From contig CANKAJ010000001.1 in NCBI GenBank assembly GCA_947479645.1, positions 10,009 to 74,008 of the forward strand: 64,000 nt of DNA. Reading direction: 5' to 3'. The notes under the pieces were generated by a model. It did not search any database. It saw nothing but the letters and a program-made list of their open reading frames with translations, and was not told the DNA's origin. Source of the DNA: Betaproteobacteria bacterium (GTDB taxonomy: Bacteria > Pseudomonadota > Gammaproteobacteria > Burkholderiales > SG8-39). The stretch's first letter is position 1; each line of letters begins with the position of its first letter. Both the position numbers and the translations under genes were made by a program. Below are positions 35,957-46,595 of the stretch, piece by piece.

Positions 35957-37174
35957 CTATTTCATAACGCTTGCAATAGCGTCAGCCGTATAGTCAATAT
36001 TCCGTGAGTTCAGTGCTGCGACACAAATGCGGCCCGTATCGACTGCGTATACGCCAAATTTTTCTCGAAGAGCAGTTACGGCATCGCGGGACAATCCAGA
36101 ATAGGAAAACATGCCACGTTGCTGCGTGACATAGCTGAAATCCTCCCCGGGTATGCGTGAAGACAGTTTCCCCGCAAGCTGCAACCGCATTGTACGAATA
36201 CGATCACGCATACCTACCAGTTCTTTTTCCCAAAGAGCCCGCAGTTGCGGATTCGTCAATACTGCGGCGACAACCTGTCCGCCGTGTGTCGGCGGATTCG
36301 AATAGTTCGTTCTAATGGTTCTTTTAAGCTGAGACAGGACCCTGGCAGCTTCGTCAGCACTGGCCGTCACGACAGACAAAGCACCGACGCGTTCACCATA
36401 AAGCGAAAATGACTTGGAGAATGAATTCGACACAAACACCGGCCCCCCCGACTGTGCAAAGCGCCGAACGGCGTCGGCGTCGTCATCGAGCCCATCCCCG
36501 AAACCCTGGTAGGCAATGTCAAGAAATGGGATCAGCCCCCGCTCGGCGACAACGCGAATCACCTGCGTCCACTGTTCTGCGGACAAATCCACTCCTGTCG
36601 GATTATGGCAGCACGCATGCAATACAACGATGGATCCCGAAGGCAGCGTATCCAATGCCGAAATCATTGCGGAAAAATTGAGATCCCTCGTGGGGGCATC
36701 ATAGTAAGGATAGGCATTGACGGTAAAACCGGCTGCCTCGAACAGGGCGCGGTGATTTTCCCAGCTCGGATCGCTGATCCAGACTTGCGCATCAGGGGCC
36801 GCACGACGCAAGAAATCTGCTCCCAGTTTGAGCCCCCCGGTACCACCCAGTGCTTGTACCGTGACAATTCGATTTTCACGCAATGCAAGGTGGTCGGAAC
36901 CAAACACCAGTGACTGGACCGACTTGTCATAAACTGGCAACCCCTCTATGGGCAGATAGGATCGCGTCGGAGGATTATCAGCAATCTGACGCTCTGCCTG
37001 TAATACACAATCCAGCAGCGGAACCTTGCCATTGTCATCATAATAAATCCCGACCCCAAGATTGACTTTGGCGGGATTTTTGTCGCTGTTAAAGGCCTCC
37101 GTAAGGCCAAGAATGGGATCGCGAGGCGCCATTTCGACGCGTGCAAGCAGAGATAGGGAAGAAGGTGCGTTCAT
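35957..37174 (-). CDS. aromatic/aspartate aminotransferase (class I, AspC/TyrB type)
   Basis: ATG 37174 gives [29 protein letters not shown].... ...YLPIEGL..., ...[10 protein letters not shown]... and ...[16 protein letters not shown] (PLP lysine) are present. Confidence 0.9.
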   Translation of the reverse strand: MNAPSSLSLLARVEMAPRDPILGLTEAFNSDKNPAKVNLGVGIYYDDNGKVPLLDCVLQAERQIADNPPTRSYLPIEGLPVYDKSVQSLVFGSDHLALRENRIVTVQALGGTGGLKLGADFLRRAAPDAQVWISDPSWENHRALFEAAGFTVNAYPYYDAPTRDLNFSAMISALDTLPSGSIVVLHACCHNPTGVDLSAEQWTQVIRVVAERGLIPFLDIAYQGFGDGLDDDADAVRRFAQSGGPVFVSNSFSKSFSLYGERVGALSVVTASADEAARVLSQLKRTIRTNYSNPPTHGGQVVAAVLTNPQLRALWEKELVGMRDRIRTMRLQLAGKLSSRIPGEDFSYVTQQRGMFSYSGLSRDAVTALREKFGVYAVDTGRICVAALNSRNIDYTADAIASVMK

Positions 37175-37225
37175 GATGATAAAATCAAAGGTTCTCTGAA
37201 GGTCATTGAAGGTCATAATTGTACC

Positions 37226-39286
37226 TTGCGTCTCACATTTCCCAATAGTCCTTTCCGGCTAAACCAGTCCTTCTTGCCTGCGGGTGATCAGCCTGAAGCT
37301 ATCGACAAGCTGACCGAAGGCATCAACGATGGATTGTCCTATCAGACGCTGCTTGGCGTCACTGGATCTGGAAAGACCTTTACCGTGGCCAATGTTATTG
37401 CCCGGATAGGCCGCCCTGCGCTGGTGCTCGCTCCAAACAAGACATTGGCGGCCCAACTCTACTCGGAAATGAGGGAGTTTTTCCCCGACAATGCAGTGGA
37501 GTACTTTGTCTCCTATTACGACTACTATCAGCCTGAGGCATATGTTCCATCCCGTGACATGTTCATCGAAAAAGACTCGTCAATCAATGAGCACATAGAA
37601 CAGATGCGTCTTTCCACGACGAAATCCCTGCTGGAGCGCCAGGACGTCATCATTGTCGCGACGGTGTCATGTATCTATGGCATCGGTGACCCCGTCGACT
37701 ACCATGGCATGATTCTTCATTTGCGGGAAAAGGAACGCTATAGTCAGCGAGACATCATTGCACGACTGGCTGCCATGCAATATGACCGAAACGAAATTGA
37801 TTTTCGTCGTGGCACCTTTCGGGTGCGCGGGGATGTCCTTGATGTATTCCCAGCGGAAAATTCCGAGACAGCCGTTCGGATCGAGTTGTTTGACGATGAG
37901 ATAGAAACCCTCACGCTCTTTGATCCACTCACTGGCCAGACCCATCAGCGGGTTCCCAGATTCACCGTCTATCCGTCCAGTCACTATGTGACGCCGCGCG
38001 AAACCACGCTACGTGCGGTCGAGGCGATCAAGCAGGAACTTCGCGAGCGCATTGAGACATTCAGCACCACCGGGAAACTGGTGGAGGCGCAGCGAATCGA
38101 ACAACGCACCCGCTTTGACCTGGAAATGCTGGCGGAACTGGGATTCTGCAAAGGCATCGAGAATTATTCTAGGCACCTGTCTGGCCGCAAGCCAGGCGCA
38201 CCTCCACCGACCCTGATCGATTATCTTCCACCCAATGCACTCATGTTCATTGACGAGAGTCACGTCACCATTGGACAGTTGGGCGGCATGTACAAAGGCG
38301 ACCGATCCCGCAAGGAAAACCTCGTTGAATATGGCTTTCGTCTGCCTTCGGCGCTGGACAACCGTCCTTTAAAGTTCGAGGAATTCGAGAAAATCATGCG
38401 GCAGACGGTATTTGTGTCGGCGACACCTGCCGACTATGAACGCCGATGCTCCGGGCAGATCGTCGAGCAAGTGGTTCGTCCTACCGGATTGATTGACCCC
38501 GAAATAGAAGTACGTCCGGCGACAAATCAGGTCGATGACCTGATGTCGGAAATCAATCTGCGTGTGGCACTGGACGAGCGCGTACTGGTCACTACGCTAA
38601 CCAAGCGAATGTCAGAAGAACTGACCGATTACCTTGGAGAACACGGAGCGCGAGTTCGTTACCTTCATTCCGAGGTCGAAACTGTAGAACGCGTCGAGAT
38701 CATACGCGATCTGCGGTTGGGAAAATTTGATGTTCTTGTTGGAATCAATCTTCTTCGCGAAGGACTGGATATTCCGGAAGTATCTCTGGTCGCAATCCTG
38801 GATGCTGACAAGGAAGGTTTTCTCCGTTCGGAGCGTTCGTTGATTCAGACCATAGGGAGGGCGGCACGCCATATTCACGGCAAAGCGATTCTTTATGCGG
38901 ATAGAGTTACAGATTCGATGCAGCGTGCCATCGGTGAAACTGATCGACGCAGGCAGAAACAAATCAGTTTTAATACTTCCAACGGTATAACGCCGAGGGG
39001 TGTTATCAAACGCGTCAAGGATATGATTGAAGGGGTGTATGACCCGCAACAAGCGCAATTGATGCTCAAGGCAGCGCAGGAGCAGGCGCGCTATGAAGGG
39101 CTATCGGAAAAACAGGTGTCACGAGAAATCAAACAACTCGAAAAGCAGATGCAGGAATTGGCTCGCAATCTGGAGTTCGAGAAAGCAGCCCAGGTCAGAG
39201 ACCAGTTGACGGCATTGAAGAGAAACCTGTTCGGTGCCGCGCCCGAAAACGAACTAGCCAAGCCTGCTTCGGTCAAATTGGCGTAA
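37226..39286 (+). CDS. uvrB: excinuclease ABC subunit B
   Basis: ...[13 protein letters not shown]......[14 protein letters not shown]..., the DEAD-like ...FIDESHVT..., and a C-terminal UVR domain ...[16 protein letters not shown] start at 37226 inferred from N-terminal alignment expectations. Confidence 0.97.
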   Translation: MRLTFPNSPFRLNQSFLPAGDQPEAIDKLTEGINDGLSYQTLLGVTGSGKTFTVANVIARIGRPALVLAPNKTLAAQLYSEMREFFPDNAVEYFVSYYDYYQPEAYVPSRDMFIEKDSSINEHIEQMRLSTTKSLLERQDVIIVATVSCIYGIGDPVDYHGMILHLREKERYSQRDIIARLAAMQYDRNEIDFRRGTFRVRGDVLDVFPAENSETAVRIELFDDEIETLTLFDPLTGQTHQRVPRFTVYPSSHYVTPRETTLRAVEAIKQELRERIETFSTTGKLVEAQRIEQRTRFDLEMLAELGFCKGIENYSRHLSGRKPGAPPPTLIDYLPPNALMFIDESHVTIGQLGGMYKGDRSRKENLVEYGFRLPSALDNRPLKFEEFEKIMRQTVFVSATPADYERRCSGQIVEQVVRPTGLIDPEIEVRPATNQVDDLMSEINLRVALDERVLVTTLTKRMSEELTDYLGEHGARVRYLHSEVETVERVEIIRDLRLGKFDVLVGINLLREGLDIPEVSLVAILDADKEGFLRSERSLIQTIGRAARHIHGKAILYADRVTDSMQRAIGETDRRRQKQISFNTSNGITPRGVIKRVKDMIEGVYDPQQAQLMLKAAQEQARYEGLSEKQVSREIKQLEKQMQELARNLEFEKAAQVRDQLTALKRNLFGAAPENELAKPASVKLA

Positions 39287-39322
39287 CCGCCATCGTTTTT
39301 CAGGTGATCGAGTAATTTTCTA

Positions 39323-39808
39323 ATGAAAAATCATGCAATATGTTTTGTCTGTACCGGGAATATCTGCCGCTCACCCACCGCCGAAGGGGTATTGGCAAGC
39401 ATGGCGAAAAGAGCCCGATTAGCGGTTGTTGCGGACTCTGCTGGAACTCACGGCTACCACATAGGTGAAGCACCTGACCCAAGATCTATCAAGGCCGCAG
39501 CGCGTCGTTGCTATGACCTGACTGCGCTGCGTGCCAGAAAATTGGAGCGCAATGACTTTGATCGATTCAAACTTATTCTAGCCATGGATCGCGGTCATCT
39601 GGAGTATCTGAGGAAGTCGTCACCGTGTCCGAATAATCCCAATATTCAGCTGCTTATGAAGTACTCGTCACGATTTGGCGAGATTGATGTGCCTGACCCT
39701 TACTTTGGCAATACTGCTGGATTTGAACAGGTCCTGGACCTGATTGAGGATGCCGTCGCTGGATTGGTTACGAGTCTAGGCAGCAAAGACATCTCACGCG
39801 AAGCTTGA
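39323..39808 (+). CDS. low-molecular-weight protein-tyrosine phosphatase
   Basis: Active-site loop ICFVCTGNICRSPTAEG (CX5R-S) near the N-terminus and a ...DVPDPYFG... Asp loop. Confidence 0.9.
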   Translation: MKNHAICFVCTGNICRSPTAEGVLASMAKRARLAVVADSAGTHGYHIGEAPDPRSIKAAARRCYDLTALRARKLERNDFDRFKLILAMDRGHLEYLRKSSPCPNNPNIQLLMKYSSRFGEIDVPDPYFGNTAGFEQVLDLIEDAVAGLVTSLGSKDISREA

Positions 39809-39813
39809 TTGAT

Positions 39814-40416
39814 CTACAAAGCCCTGCCGCTTCGAATCACACCAACCCCAAGGCCCTCAATCGCAAGGGCATCACTTCGAGAGTCAATAACGATTGGATT
39901 GAACTCCGGGTTCTCAGGTAACAGTTCGATAACCGTACCACGACGCCGAAAACGCTTGACCGTGACTTCGTCGCCAACACGTGCCACAACAACCTGGCCC
40001 GAACGCGCCTCGCTCGTCTTGTGCACTGCCAGTAAATCACCATCATGAATGCCAGCATCGCGCATGCTCATTCCACGAACCTTAAGAAGGTAATCGGCGC
40101 GTGGCTTGAACAGGTTGGGATCTACCTGATAATGTCCCTGAATATGGGCCTCGGCCAGAATGGGGGAACCAGCAGCGACTCTGCCAATCAGCGGTAATCC
40201 ACCACCATCAGCCAATCGAATTCCGCGTGCCGATCCTTTCAATATCTCGATCGCCCCTTTTCGTTCCAGTGTGCGCAAATGCTCTTCGGCAGCATTGGGC
40301 GATCGATACTGCATTGCCCTGGCAATCTCAGCACGGGTCGGGGGCATGCCTGTTTCCTCAAGCGTCAACCTGATAAATTGGAGTATGCGACTCTGCGAAG
40401 GCGTCAGTTCTTCCAT
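39814..40416 (-). CDS. lexA: LexA transcriptional repressor
   Basis: ...[12 protein letters not shown]...[10 protein letters not shown]... wHTH, Ala-Gly cleavage site ...[11 protein letters not shown]..., and the Ser/Lys dyad (...[11 protein letters not shown]... / ...[14 protein letters not shown]...). Confidence 0.97.
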   Translation of the reverse strand: MEELTPSQSRILQFIRLTLEETGMPPTRAEIARAMQYRSPNAAEEHLRTLERKGAIEILKGSARGIRLADGGGLPLIGRVAAGSPILAEAHIQGHYQVDPNLFKPRADYLLKVRGMSMRDAGIHDGDLLAVHKTSEARSGQVVVARVGDEVTVKRFRRRGTVIELLPENPEFNPIVIDSRSDALAIEGLGVGVIRSGRAL

Positions 40417-40456
40417 CAGACACTCCTTTAGAGGCTATATTTGCCTTGGTATTTAT

Positions 40457-40472
40457 CTGTATTTTTATACAG
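40457..40472. promoter_or_regulatory. LexA (SOS) box CTGT-N8-ACAG
   Basis: CTGTATTTTTATACAGlies 41-56 nt upstream of the lexA start codon, in the lexA / DUF3460 divergent spacer. It matches the beta/gammaproteobacterial SOS-box consensus. Confidence 0.75.
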
Positions 40473-40588
40473 TTCCTCCGCAATTGCAAGGCCAATACTG
40501 GCAAAGTCCCCATCCATCATCAAACAAGCAAATGGCACTGTGCAAGGGCTATAATGTTCGCTATATATAATTACATTCCAGAAATCTC

Positions 40589-40780
40589 ATGGCCAAGTAC
40601 TACGAATCTGACATAACCAAGATGCTTCAGGATCTGCTAATCAAAAAGCCGCATATTGCTGAAGAACAGCGCAAGGGACGTGCGCTATGGTGGGATAAGA
40701 ACCCCGATGCGGACAATCTGAGGCGCACTGAGGAATCCAGGGTCAGGCAACAGGCTTACGTTTATCAAAACAAGGTTTGA
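40589..40780 (+). CDS. DUF3460-like small protein
   Basis: 63 aa, MAKYYESDITKMLQDLLIKKPHIAEEQRKGRALWWDK.... Matches my recollection of DUF3460 proteins (from memory). Confidence 0.65.
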   Translation: MAKYYESDITKMLQDLLIKKPHIAEEQRKGRALWWDKNPDADNLRRTEESRVRQQAYVYQNKV

Positions 40781-40791
40781 TCAGGTCTCGC

Positions 40792-41438
40792 ATGGGGTCG
40801 CGATTTTTTTCGCGTTCCTGTTCTGTACTGGATGCGCAGGTCCGCTTGCACTCATACCTGTAACTCCCCTGCTCAGTGCGTCGCTCGCTTCTCGTGGAGG
40901 GAATTCCGAGCTGGCACAACGCATTGCTAATCTGCAACGCAACAATGACTGGGCCGGACTGTCACTACTGGCGCTCGGACAAATCAAGAACAATCCCGAG
41001 AATGCGGATGCATTGCTCCTTCATGGCTATGCGCGAATGCAGGAAGGGAGTCTCGCAGAGGCAGTTGCGGCTCTGTCGCGTGCGAGCATTCTCAATCCAG
41101 AGGAGATCGATGCCTGGAATCTGCTCGGGGAAGCGCAGCGTATCCTCGGACGTCCGGAACAGGCTGTGCGGACGCTTCAGCACGCAATCAGCATAGATCC
41201 CAGCTCGCCGATTGTGCACTTTCTTCTTGGTGAGGCCTATCGCGATCTGGGGAATTTTGTGCTTGCACTTGCAGCCTATGCAGAAGCGGTTCGATTGGAA
41301 CCGACCCAGGCTCCCGCCTGGTATGGAATGGGTACGGTATTGATTCGCACTGGACGGAAAGAGGAACTGGCCAAAGTCATGCAGACACTTCATACACTCG
41401 ATGGCAATCTGGCAAAAAGGCTGGCTTTGCTCCAATAG
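40792..41438 (+). CDS. TPR-repeat protein with signal-peptide/lipobox-like N-terminus, interrupted by an apparent frameshift in a T7 run
   Basis: TPR repeats are clear from 41013 (...AWNLLGEAQRILGRPEQAVRTLQHAISIDP...FLLGEAYRDLGNF..A.AAYAEAVRLEP...). The same frame is open back to 40731 and encodes ...IFFAFLFCTGCAGPLALIP... but has no ATG/GTG/TTG. ATG 40792 is in another frame and joins it only if the T7 run at 40804-40810 were T8. Confidence 0.6.
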
Positions 41439-41446
41439 TTCGCAGC

Positions 41447-42670
41447 CTAAATGACTTCTTTCTTGGAAAGGGCGTCAATTTCCGTCCTGTTTTTGCCTAA
41501 TACCGATGAGAGTATTTCTTCCGTATGCTCACCAAGCACCGGTGGCGCGAGGCGATACTCAACCGGGGTGTCTGAAAGGCGCAACGGGCTTGCCACGGTT
41601 GATGTAACCCCGCCTCTGGCGTGTGGCATATCAACTCGCAATTTGCGATGCTCGACTTGTGGATGTTCAAACACCTGCTTGTAGTCATTGATTGGCCCTG
41701 TCGGGATTTCCATTGATTGAAACTTTTCAAGCCAATATGCAGATGTTTGACTTGCCAGCGCTTTCTCAATTTCTGCTGTCAGTTCCAAACGACGCACATT
41801 GCGGGCGGCCATATCGGAGTAGCGGCTATCACCAAGAAGGTCTTCCCTGCAAATTGCTCGGCACAATCGTTCCCATTGCCCCTGATTTCCGCACGCAATG
41901 ATCATATGACTGTCCCCGGTGCGAAAAACACCATAGGGAGTCACATTGGCATGCGCATTGCCCAAACGCTTGGGTATATTGCCAGTGGCGAAGTAGCTGA
42001 CAATCTGATTGGCTCCGAAGCTGACAATAGTGTCCATCAGCGCCATATCAATATATTGTCCTTTCTTGCTTATATGGCGATGTTCAAGCGCCGCTAGAAT
42101 TGCAATGCTTGCGTTCAAGCCGGTCAGAATATCGGTGACTGCGATTCCTACCTTTGCGGGGCCGCCCCCTGGAAGGTCATCGCGCTCCCCCGTAATGCTC
42201 ATCAATCCGCCCTCACCCTGGAATATGAAATCATAGCCGGGACGCGCGGCGCTCGGACCATTCTGACCGAATCCGGTTACCGAACAGTAAATGATTCCAG
42301 GATTGATCGCGCGAATATCGTCGTAGCCCAATCCATAGCGCTTTAGATCACCAACCTTGTAATTCTCTATCAGGACATCTGATCCAGCAGCCAGTTCCCG
42401 GATCAACACCTGTCCTTCAGCTTTGGATATATCGATAGTGATCGAGCGCTTATTTCGATTCGCTGAGGTGTAATACGCTGAGTCCGTTGTATCAGCACCG
42501 CTGCTGTCCTTGACCCACGGCGGGCCCCAGGTCCGTGAATCATCCCCAATCCTAGGGCGCTCTACCTTGATAACATCGGCCCCTAGATCGGCAAGATTCT
42601 GCCCGCACCATGGCCCGGCAAGTATTCGACTGAGGTCCAGCACACGAATATGGGATAGAGCTCCTGCCAT
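41447..42670 (-). CDS. family III (CaiB/BaiF) CoA-transferase
   Basis: 407 aa. MAGALSHIRVLDLSRILAGPWCGQNLADLGADVIKVERP... and ...GYDFIFQGEGGLMSITG... (catalytic Asp region). Confidence 0.9.
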   Translation of the reverse strand: MAGALSHIRVLDLSRILAGPWCGQNLADLGADVIKVERPRIGDDSRTWGPPWVKDSSGADTTDSAYYTSANRNKRSITIDISKAEGQVLIRELAAGSDVLIENYKVGDLKRYGLGYDDIRAINPGIIYCSVTGFGQNGPSAARPGYDFIFQGEGGLMSITGERDDLPGGGPAKVGIAVTDILTGLNASIAILAALEHRHISKKGQYIDMALMDTIVSFGANQIVSYFATGNIPKRLGNAHANVTPYGVFRTGDSHMIIACGNQGQWERLCRAICREDLLGDSRYSDMAARNVRRLELTAEIEKALASQTSAYWLEKFQSMEIPTGPINDYKQVFEHPQVEHRKLRVDMPHARGGVTSTVASPLRLSDTPVEYRLAPPVLGEHTEEILSSVLGKNRTEIDALSKKEVI

Positions 42671-42717
42671 GTAACACTACTCCTGAATTTGAATTTAGAA
42701 AAAGTCCGGCACCGCGA

Positions 42718-43707
42718 CTACATCGACACGACAATTCGGCCCTTGACTTTGGATTCAATGAACGCATTAAATACGCTTGGCAAATCGGCAAACGGCAGGT
42801 TTCGAGTCAGATAACTCAGGTGACGCGGACGCAATCTGCTTGCCAGTTGTTCCCACACTTGTTGCCGAAGCGGCATCGCTGTAGCGACTGAATTGATACC
42901 CAGGAGATTGACGCCCCGCAATATGAAAGGGGCAACTGTTGTATTCAAGTCCATTCCTGCAGCCAATCCTATACTGGCAATAGATCCATTCTCCATCATC
43001 GTACTGGCCAGCCAGGCAAGCATGTTGCCTCCAAGATTGTCAAGGGCACCTGCCCAAAGCGCTTTGTCCAGAGGGCGAATTTTTTCCAGATTGATGCTTT
43101 GGCGTAGTTTCACTTCCGCTGCGCCAAGTTCCCTCAAGAATGCGGTTTCCGCTTCTTTGCCAGTTACGGCAACGACCTGATAACCCAAACCGGAAAGTAT
43201 ATCTACAGCCAGCGAACCGACGCCGCCAGAGGCTCCAGTAACGACAACCGGGCCGTTGTCAATGCGCAAGCCATTATGCTCCAACTGCATGATTCCAAGC
43301 CCGGCGGTAAATCCTGCCGTTCCCAGCGCCATTGCATCAAAAAGCGTCAACCCTTTGGGTAGCGGCACGACCCACGCCGCCCGAACGCGGGCGTATTCGG
43401 CGTAACCACCATCATGCGCCACGCCTAGGTCAAAGCTGGTGCAAATAACTTCATCGTCCGCCTTGAATCGCGGATCTGAAGATTCAACCACAGTGCCCGA
43501 AAGATCGATTCCGCCAATGCAGGGAAACCGACGTATTATCTTCCCAGCACCAGTTGCAGCAAGTGCATCCTTGTAGTTGATGCTCGAATACGCCACCTTG
43601 ATAACGACTTCACCGGGATCAAGTTCTTTAACCGAGGCCAGTTCGAAACCACAAACGATTTTCTTGCCATCTTCTCGAATACGAAATACCTTGAATTTAT
43701 CCATCAT
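42718..43707 (-). CDS. acuI: YhdH/AcuI-type NADPH-dependent acryloyl-CoA reductase (MDR family)
   Basis: ...VIKVAYSSINYKDALAATGAGKIIRRFPCIGGIDLSGTVVES... and ...VVVTGASGGVGSLAVDIL... are characteristic of the YhdH/AcuI subgroup. Confidence 0.8.
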   Translation of the reverse strand: MMDKFKVFRIREDGKKIVCGFELASVKELDPGEVVIKVAYSSINYKDALAATGAGKIIRRFPCIGGIDLSGTVVESSDPRFKADDEVICTSFDLGVAHDGGYAEYARVRAAWVVPLPKGLTLFDAMALGTAGFTAGLGIMQLEHNGLRIDNGPVVVTGASGGVGSLAVDILSGLGYQVVAVTGKEAETAFLRELGAAEVKLRQSINLEKIRPLDKALWAGALDNLGGNMLAWLASTMMENGSIASIGLAAGMDLNTTVAPFILRGVNLLGINSVATAMPLRQQVWEQLASRLRPRHLSYLTRNLPFADLPSVFNAFIESKVKGRIVVSM

Positions 43708-43845
43708 CAGCCCCGCGTGGAATCTGTTTTCTGAAACAATATTATTGTCAATTATGGAAAACTATCTTTTCATATAGCTACGATAATCGATATTTAATAT
43801 CAAGCATGATCCGCAGGCAATATTCACGGAATGAAGTCCTTCCAT

Positions 43846-45012
43846 TCAGGCAGCCAGTTTTTCCTGCTCAAGATAAACGCGCGACTGCATTTCGATTAGT
43901 CTGCTGGCGGTTCGTTCAAACTCGAAAGCCATGGCACGGATGCGTGCATCGCCAGCTGCTTCTTCGACTTTCAGTAAGTGCTCAGGCTCGGATTCGGCTG
44001 ACAAGATTAATTTAACGCGGTTGTCGTAAAACACGTCGACCATCAAGGTAAAGCGGCGTCCCTCATCGACTAGAGACAAGCCGATACGCGGCACATTGGA
44101 GATCATCACAGTATGAAATTGCCGCGCCAGTTCAAGATAATCATGCTGCGATCGTCCCCAGCCGCATATCACCATGAAATCAAACCAAATGACTCCCCCG
44201 GCCCGGTGCAGGAACGGAATTGCGCGCCCTTCAACGTCCAGCGCCTCCGCCTCTTCGCTAACTTCGGCAAGTTTCCCAAACGACTGCAGCAAGAGCGCGT
44301 CGGTCTGCTCTCCTAGTGGAGTCAAATAGACTTGAACCTGTTCCAGTGCGCGGCGTCGATAATCAATGCCGCCGTCTACATTGATGATATCCAGATGCTC
44401 CTTCAACAATGCGATAGTAGGAAGAAAGTTTTCCCGTTTGAGGCCATCCTTGTATAAATCGTCTGGGTGATAATTGGATGTCATGCAATACACGACTCCC
44501 AATTCAAGCGTCCGGCGCAACAATCGCCCCAGAATCATTGCATCTGCAATATCATTAACGTGCATTTCGTCAAAACAAATCAACCGGTAACGACGCGATA
44601 TACGCATGGCAAGCGCCGCCAGAGGATCGGGCTTACCCTTGAGTTCCTGTAGCTCTCGGTGCACATCGCGCATGAAATGATGAAAGTGAACACGATACTT
44701 CCTCTTCAACGGCAATGACAGATAAAAGCTGTCCATCAGAAAACTTTTGCCCCGACCAACGGAGCCCCACAAGTACCCCCCTCGGGGTAAAGTGGGTCTC
44801 ACCAGTAGTCGATGAAACGCCGTACGCCGGCGCTGTTTGTATCCAGTCCAGTCATCGTGCAATTGCTGCAGTCGTTCTACGGCAGCCAACTGAGAAGCAT
44901 CCGCAAGATAGCCGCGCTCCTGCAACGTGCGACGATAGAAGTCGATCACGGAAAGCTGCTCGCCTGGGGCCATATCAAACTGATGGGAAAGGTCTACTGG
45001 TTTTTCTTGCAT
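43846..45012 (-). CDS. zapE: cell division protein ZapE (AFG1-like ATPase)
   Basis: Walker A ...GGYLWGSVGRGKSFLMD... and Walker B ...LICFDEMHVNDIADA.... Positioned downstream of lpdA. Confidence 0.9.
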   Translation of the reverse strand: MQEKPVDLSHQFDMAPGEQLSVIDFYRRTLQERGYLADASQLAAVERLQQLHDDWTGYKQRRRTAFHRLLVRPTLPRGGYLWGSVGRGKSFLMDSFYLSLPLKRKYRVHFHHFMRDVHRELQELKGKPDPLAALAMRISRRYRLICFDEMHVNDIADAMILGRLLRRTLELGVVYCMTSNYHPDDLYKDGLKRENFLPTIALLKEHLDIINVDGGIDYRRRALEQVQVYLTPLGEQTDALLLQSFGKLAEVSEEAEALDVEGRAIPFLHRAGGVIWFDFMVICGWGRSQHDYLELARQFHTVMISNVPRIGLSLVDEGRRFTLMVDVFYDNRVKLILSAESEPEHLLKVEEAAGDARIRAMAFEFERTASRLIEMQSRVYLEQEKLAA

Positions 45013-45060
45013 TGGATTTGCGCGGTGTGGTCTGAAACAGACTGGCCTCCGTGAAAGCTA

Positions 45061-46491
45061 CTACATATTCAATGCCCGTTTGTCCACAGCCAATGCTGCC
45101 TCATGCATGACTTCGGAAAGTGACGGATGAGCATGGACAATACGGGCTATATCTTCTGAAGAAGCCCGGAATTCCATGGCAACGACGGCTTCTGCAATGA
45201 GCTCTGAAGCATGAGTGTTGATAATATGCACGCCAAGAATTTCATCAGTTCTGGCGTGTGCAAGCATTTTTACAAAGCCTTTCGCATCACCATGCCCTAG
45301 CGCACGTCCATTGATGGCAAAAGGAAATTGACCGATTCTGTAGGGGGTGCCTTCCGACTTCAGCGTCTGCTCTGTTTTTCCAACCCACGCAATTTCAGGT
45401 GATGTATAGATGACCCATGGAATGGCGTTATATTCCACGTGACTTTTCTGTCCGACAATCAACTCAGCAACCATAACGCCTTCTTCTTCGCCCTTGTGTG
45501 CCAGCATCGGACCCCGCACGACGTCGCCAACGGCAAATACATTGGGGAGATTGGTTCGGCAATGATCATCAACTTCAATGAATCCCCGGTTATCTACTTT
45601 TAGTCCAACTACCTCGGTGCCAAGATTGTCAGTATTTGGAGTACGACCGACAGAGACAATCAACCGATCACATTCCAGCATTTTGACAGCACCATCATGC
45701 TGGTACTCCACAACGACTTTTTTCTTCTCAATAACCACTTTCCTGATGTTCGCGCTGAGCTGAATATCCAGGCCTTGCTCACCGGTAAATATCTTCCAGG
45801 CCTCTTGCGAGACTGACTCATCAGCGGCTGCAAGAAAGGTAGGCAACGCTTCCAGCACGGTGACCTTTGAACCAAGACGACGCCAAACGCTTCCCAGTTC
45901 CAGTCCAATTACACCAGCACCAATTACCCCAAGACTCCTGGGGATATCGCTAAATGACAGAGCGCCGATATTGTCACAAATATACTCATTATCAATAGGT
46001 ATTCCAGGCAAATGACGAGCCGTTGAACCCGTTGCTATCATTACCGCCTTGGCTTCGACTGTTTCGACATCGCTACCATTGATTACCTGCAAGGTCCATG
46101 CTGAGCCATTCTTGGCCGCAAAACGGCCGTGGCCTTTCAACCAAGTAATCTTGTTCTTGCGGAACAAATATTCGATTCCGCCGGTCATTTTTGAGACGAT
46201 GCCATCCTTGCGGGCAAGCATTTTTGCCAAGTCAACCTTGGTACCAGAAACGGATATCCCGTGAGTCGCCAAACCCTTCAGCGTATGTTCATATTGTTCG
46301 GACGACTCAAGTAGAGCCTTGGACGGAATGCAACCCACATTGAGGCAAGTACCTCCCAATGCATTTTTTCCATCGGATGTCTTCCATTCCTCTATGCATG
46401 CGGTTTTTAATCCGAGCTGCGCAGCGCGTATGGCTCCGATATAGCCAGCCGGACCGGATCCGATTACCACTAGATCAAATTTCTGGAGCAT
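45061..46491 (-). CDS. lpdA: dihydrolipoyl dehydrogenase (E3)
   Basis: ...VVIGSGPAGY..., redox disulfide GGTCLNVGCIPSK, and C-terminal ...HAHPSLSEV..EA. Confidence 0.95.
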   Translation of the reverse strand: MLQKFDLVVIGSGPAGYIGAIRAAQLGLKTACIEEWKTSDGKNALGGTCLNVGCIPSKALLESSEQYEHTLKGLATHGISVSGTKVDLAKMLARKDGIVSKMTGGIEYLFRKNKITWLKGHGRFAAKNGSAWTLQVINGSDVETVEAKAVMIATGSTARHLPGIPIDNEYICDNIGALSFSDIPRSLGVIGAGVIGLELGSVWRRLGSKVTVLEALPTFLAAADESVSQEAWKIFTGEQGLDIQLSANIRKVVIEKKKVVVEYQHDGAVKMLECDRLIVSVGRTPNTDNLGTEVVGLKVDNRGFIEVDDHCRTNLPNVFAVGDVVRGPMLAHKGEEEGVMVAELIVGQKSHVEYNAIPWVIYTSPEIAWVGKTEQTLKSEGTPYRIGQFPFAINGRALGHGDAKGFVKMLAHARTDEILGVHIINTHASELIAEAVVAMEFRASSEDIARIVHAHPSLSEVMHEAALAVDKRALNM

Positions 46492-46595
46492 TCTTTACGT
46501 CCTTCGTCTGCGCGATCACCACAATATTGAATTAACCGGTTTCAGTTACCACTACCGACTTGTATCCACGGTTTCTGCATATCAATGCAAATATT

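Noticed and set aside
40912-40927. Sigma-54-like TGGCAC...TTGC element
   Set aside because: The GG-to-GC spacing is one nt longer than the consensus (N6 instead of N5 between TGGCAC and TTGC), and it lies inside the TPR reading frame.
43724-43739. Imperfect SOS-box-like CTGTTTTCTGAAACAA upstream of acuI
   Set aside because: The right half-site is ACAA, not ACAG. One mismatch in the invariant tetranucleotide plus an implausible regulon member make this likely chance.
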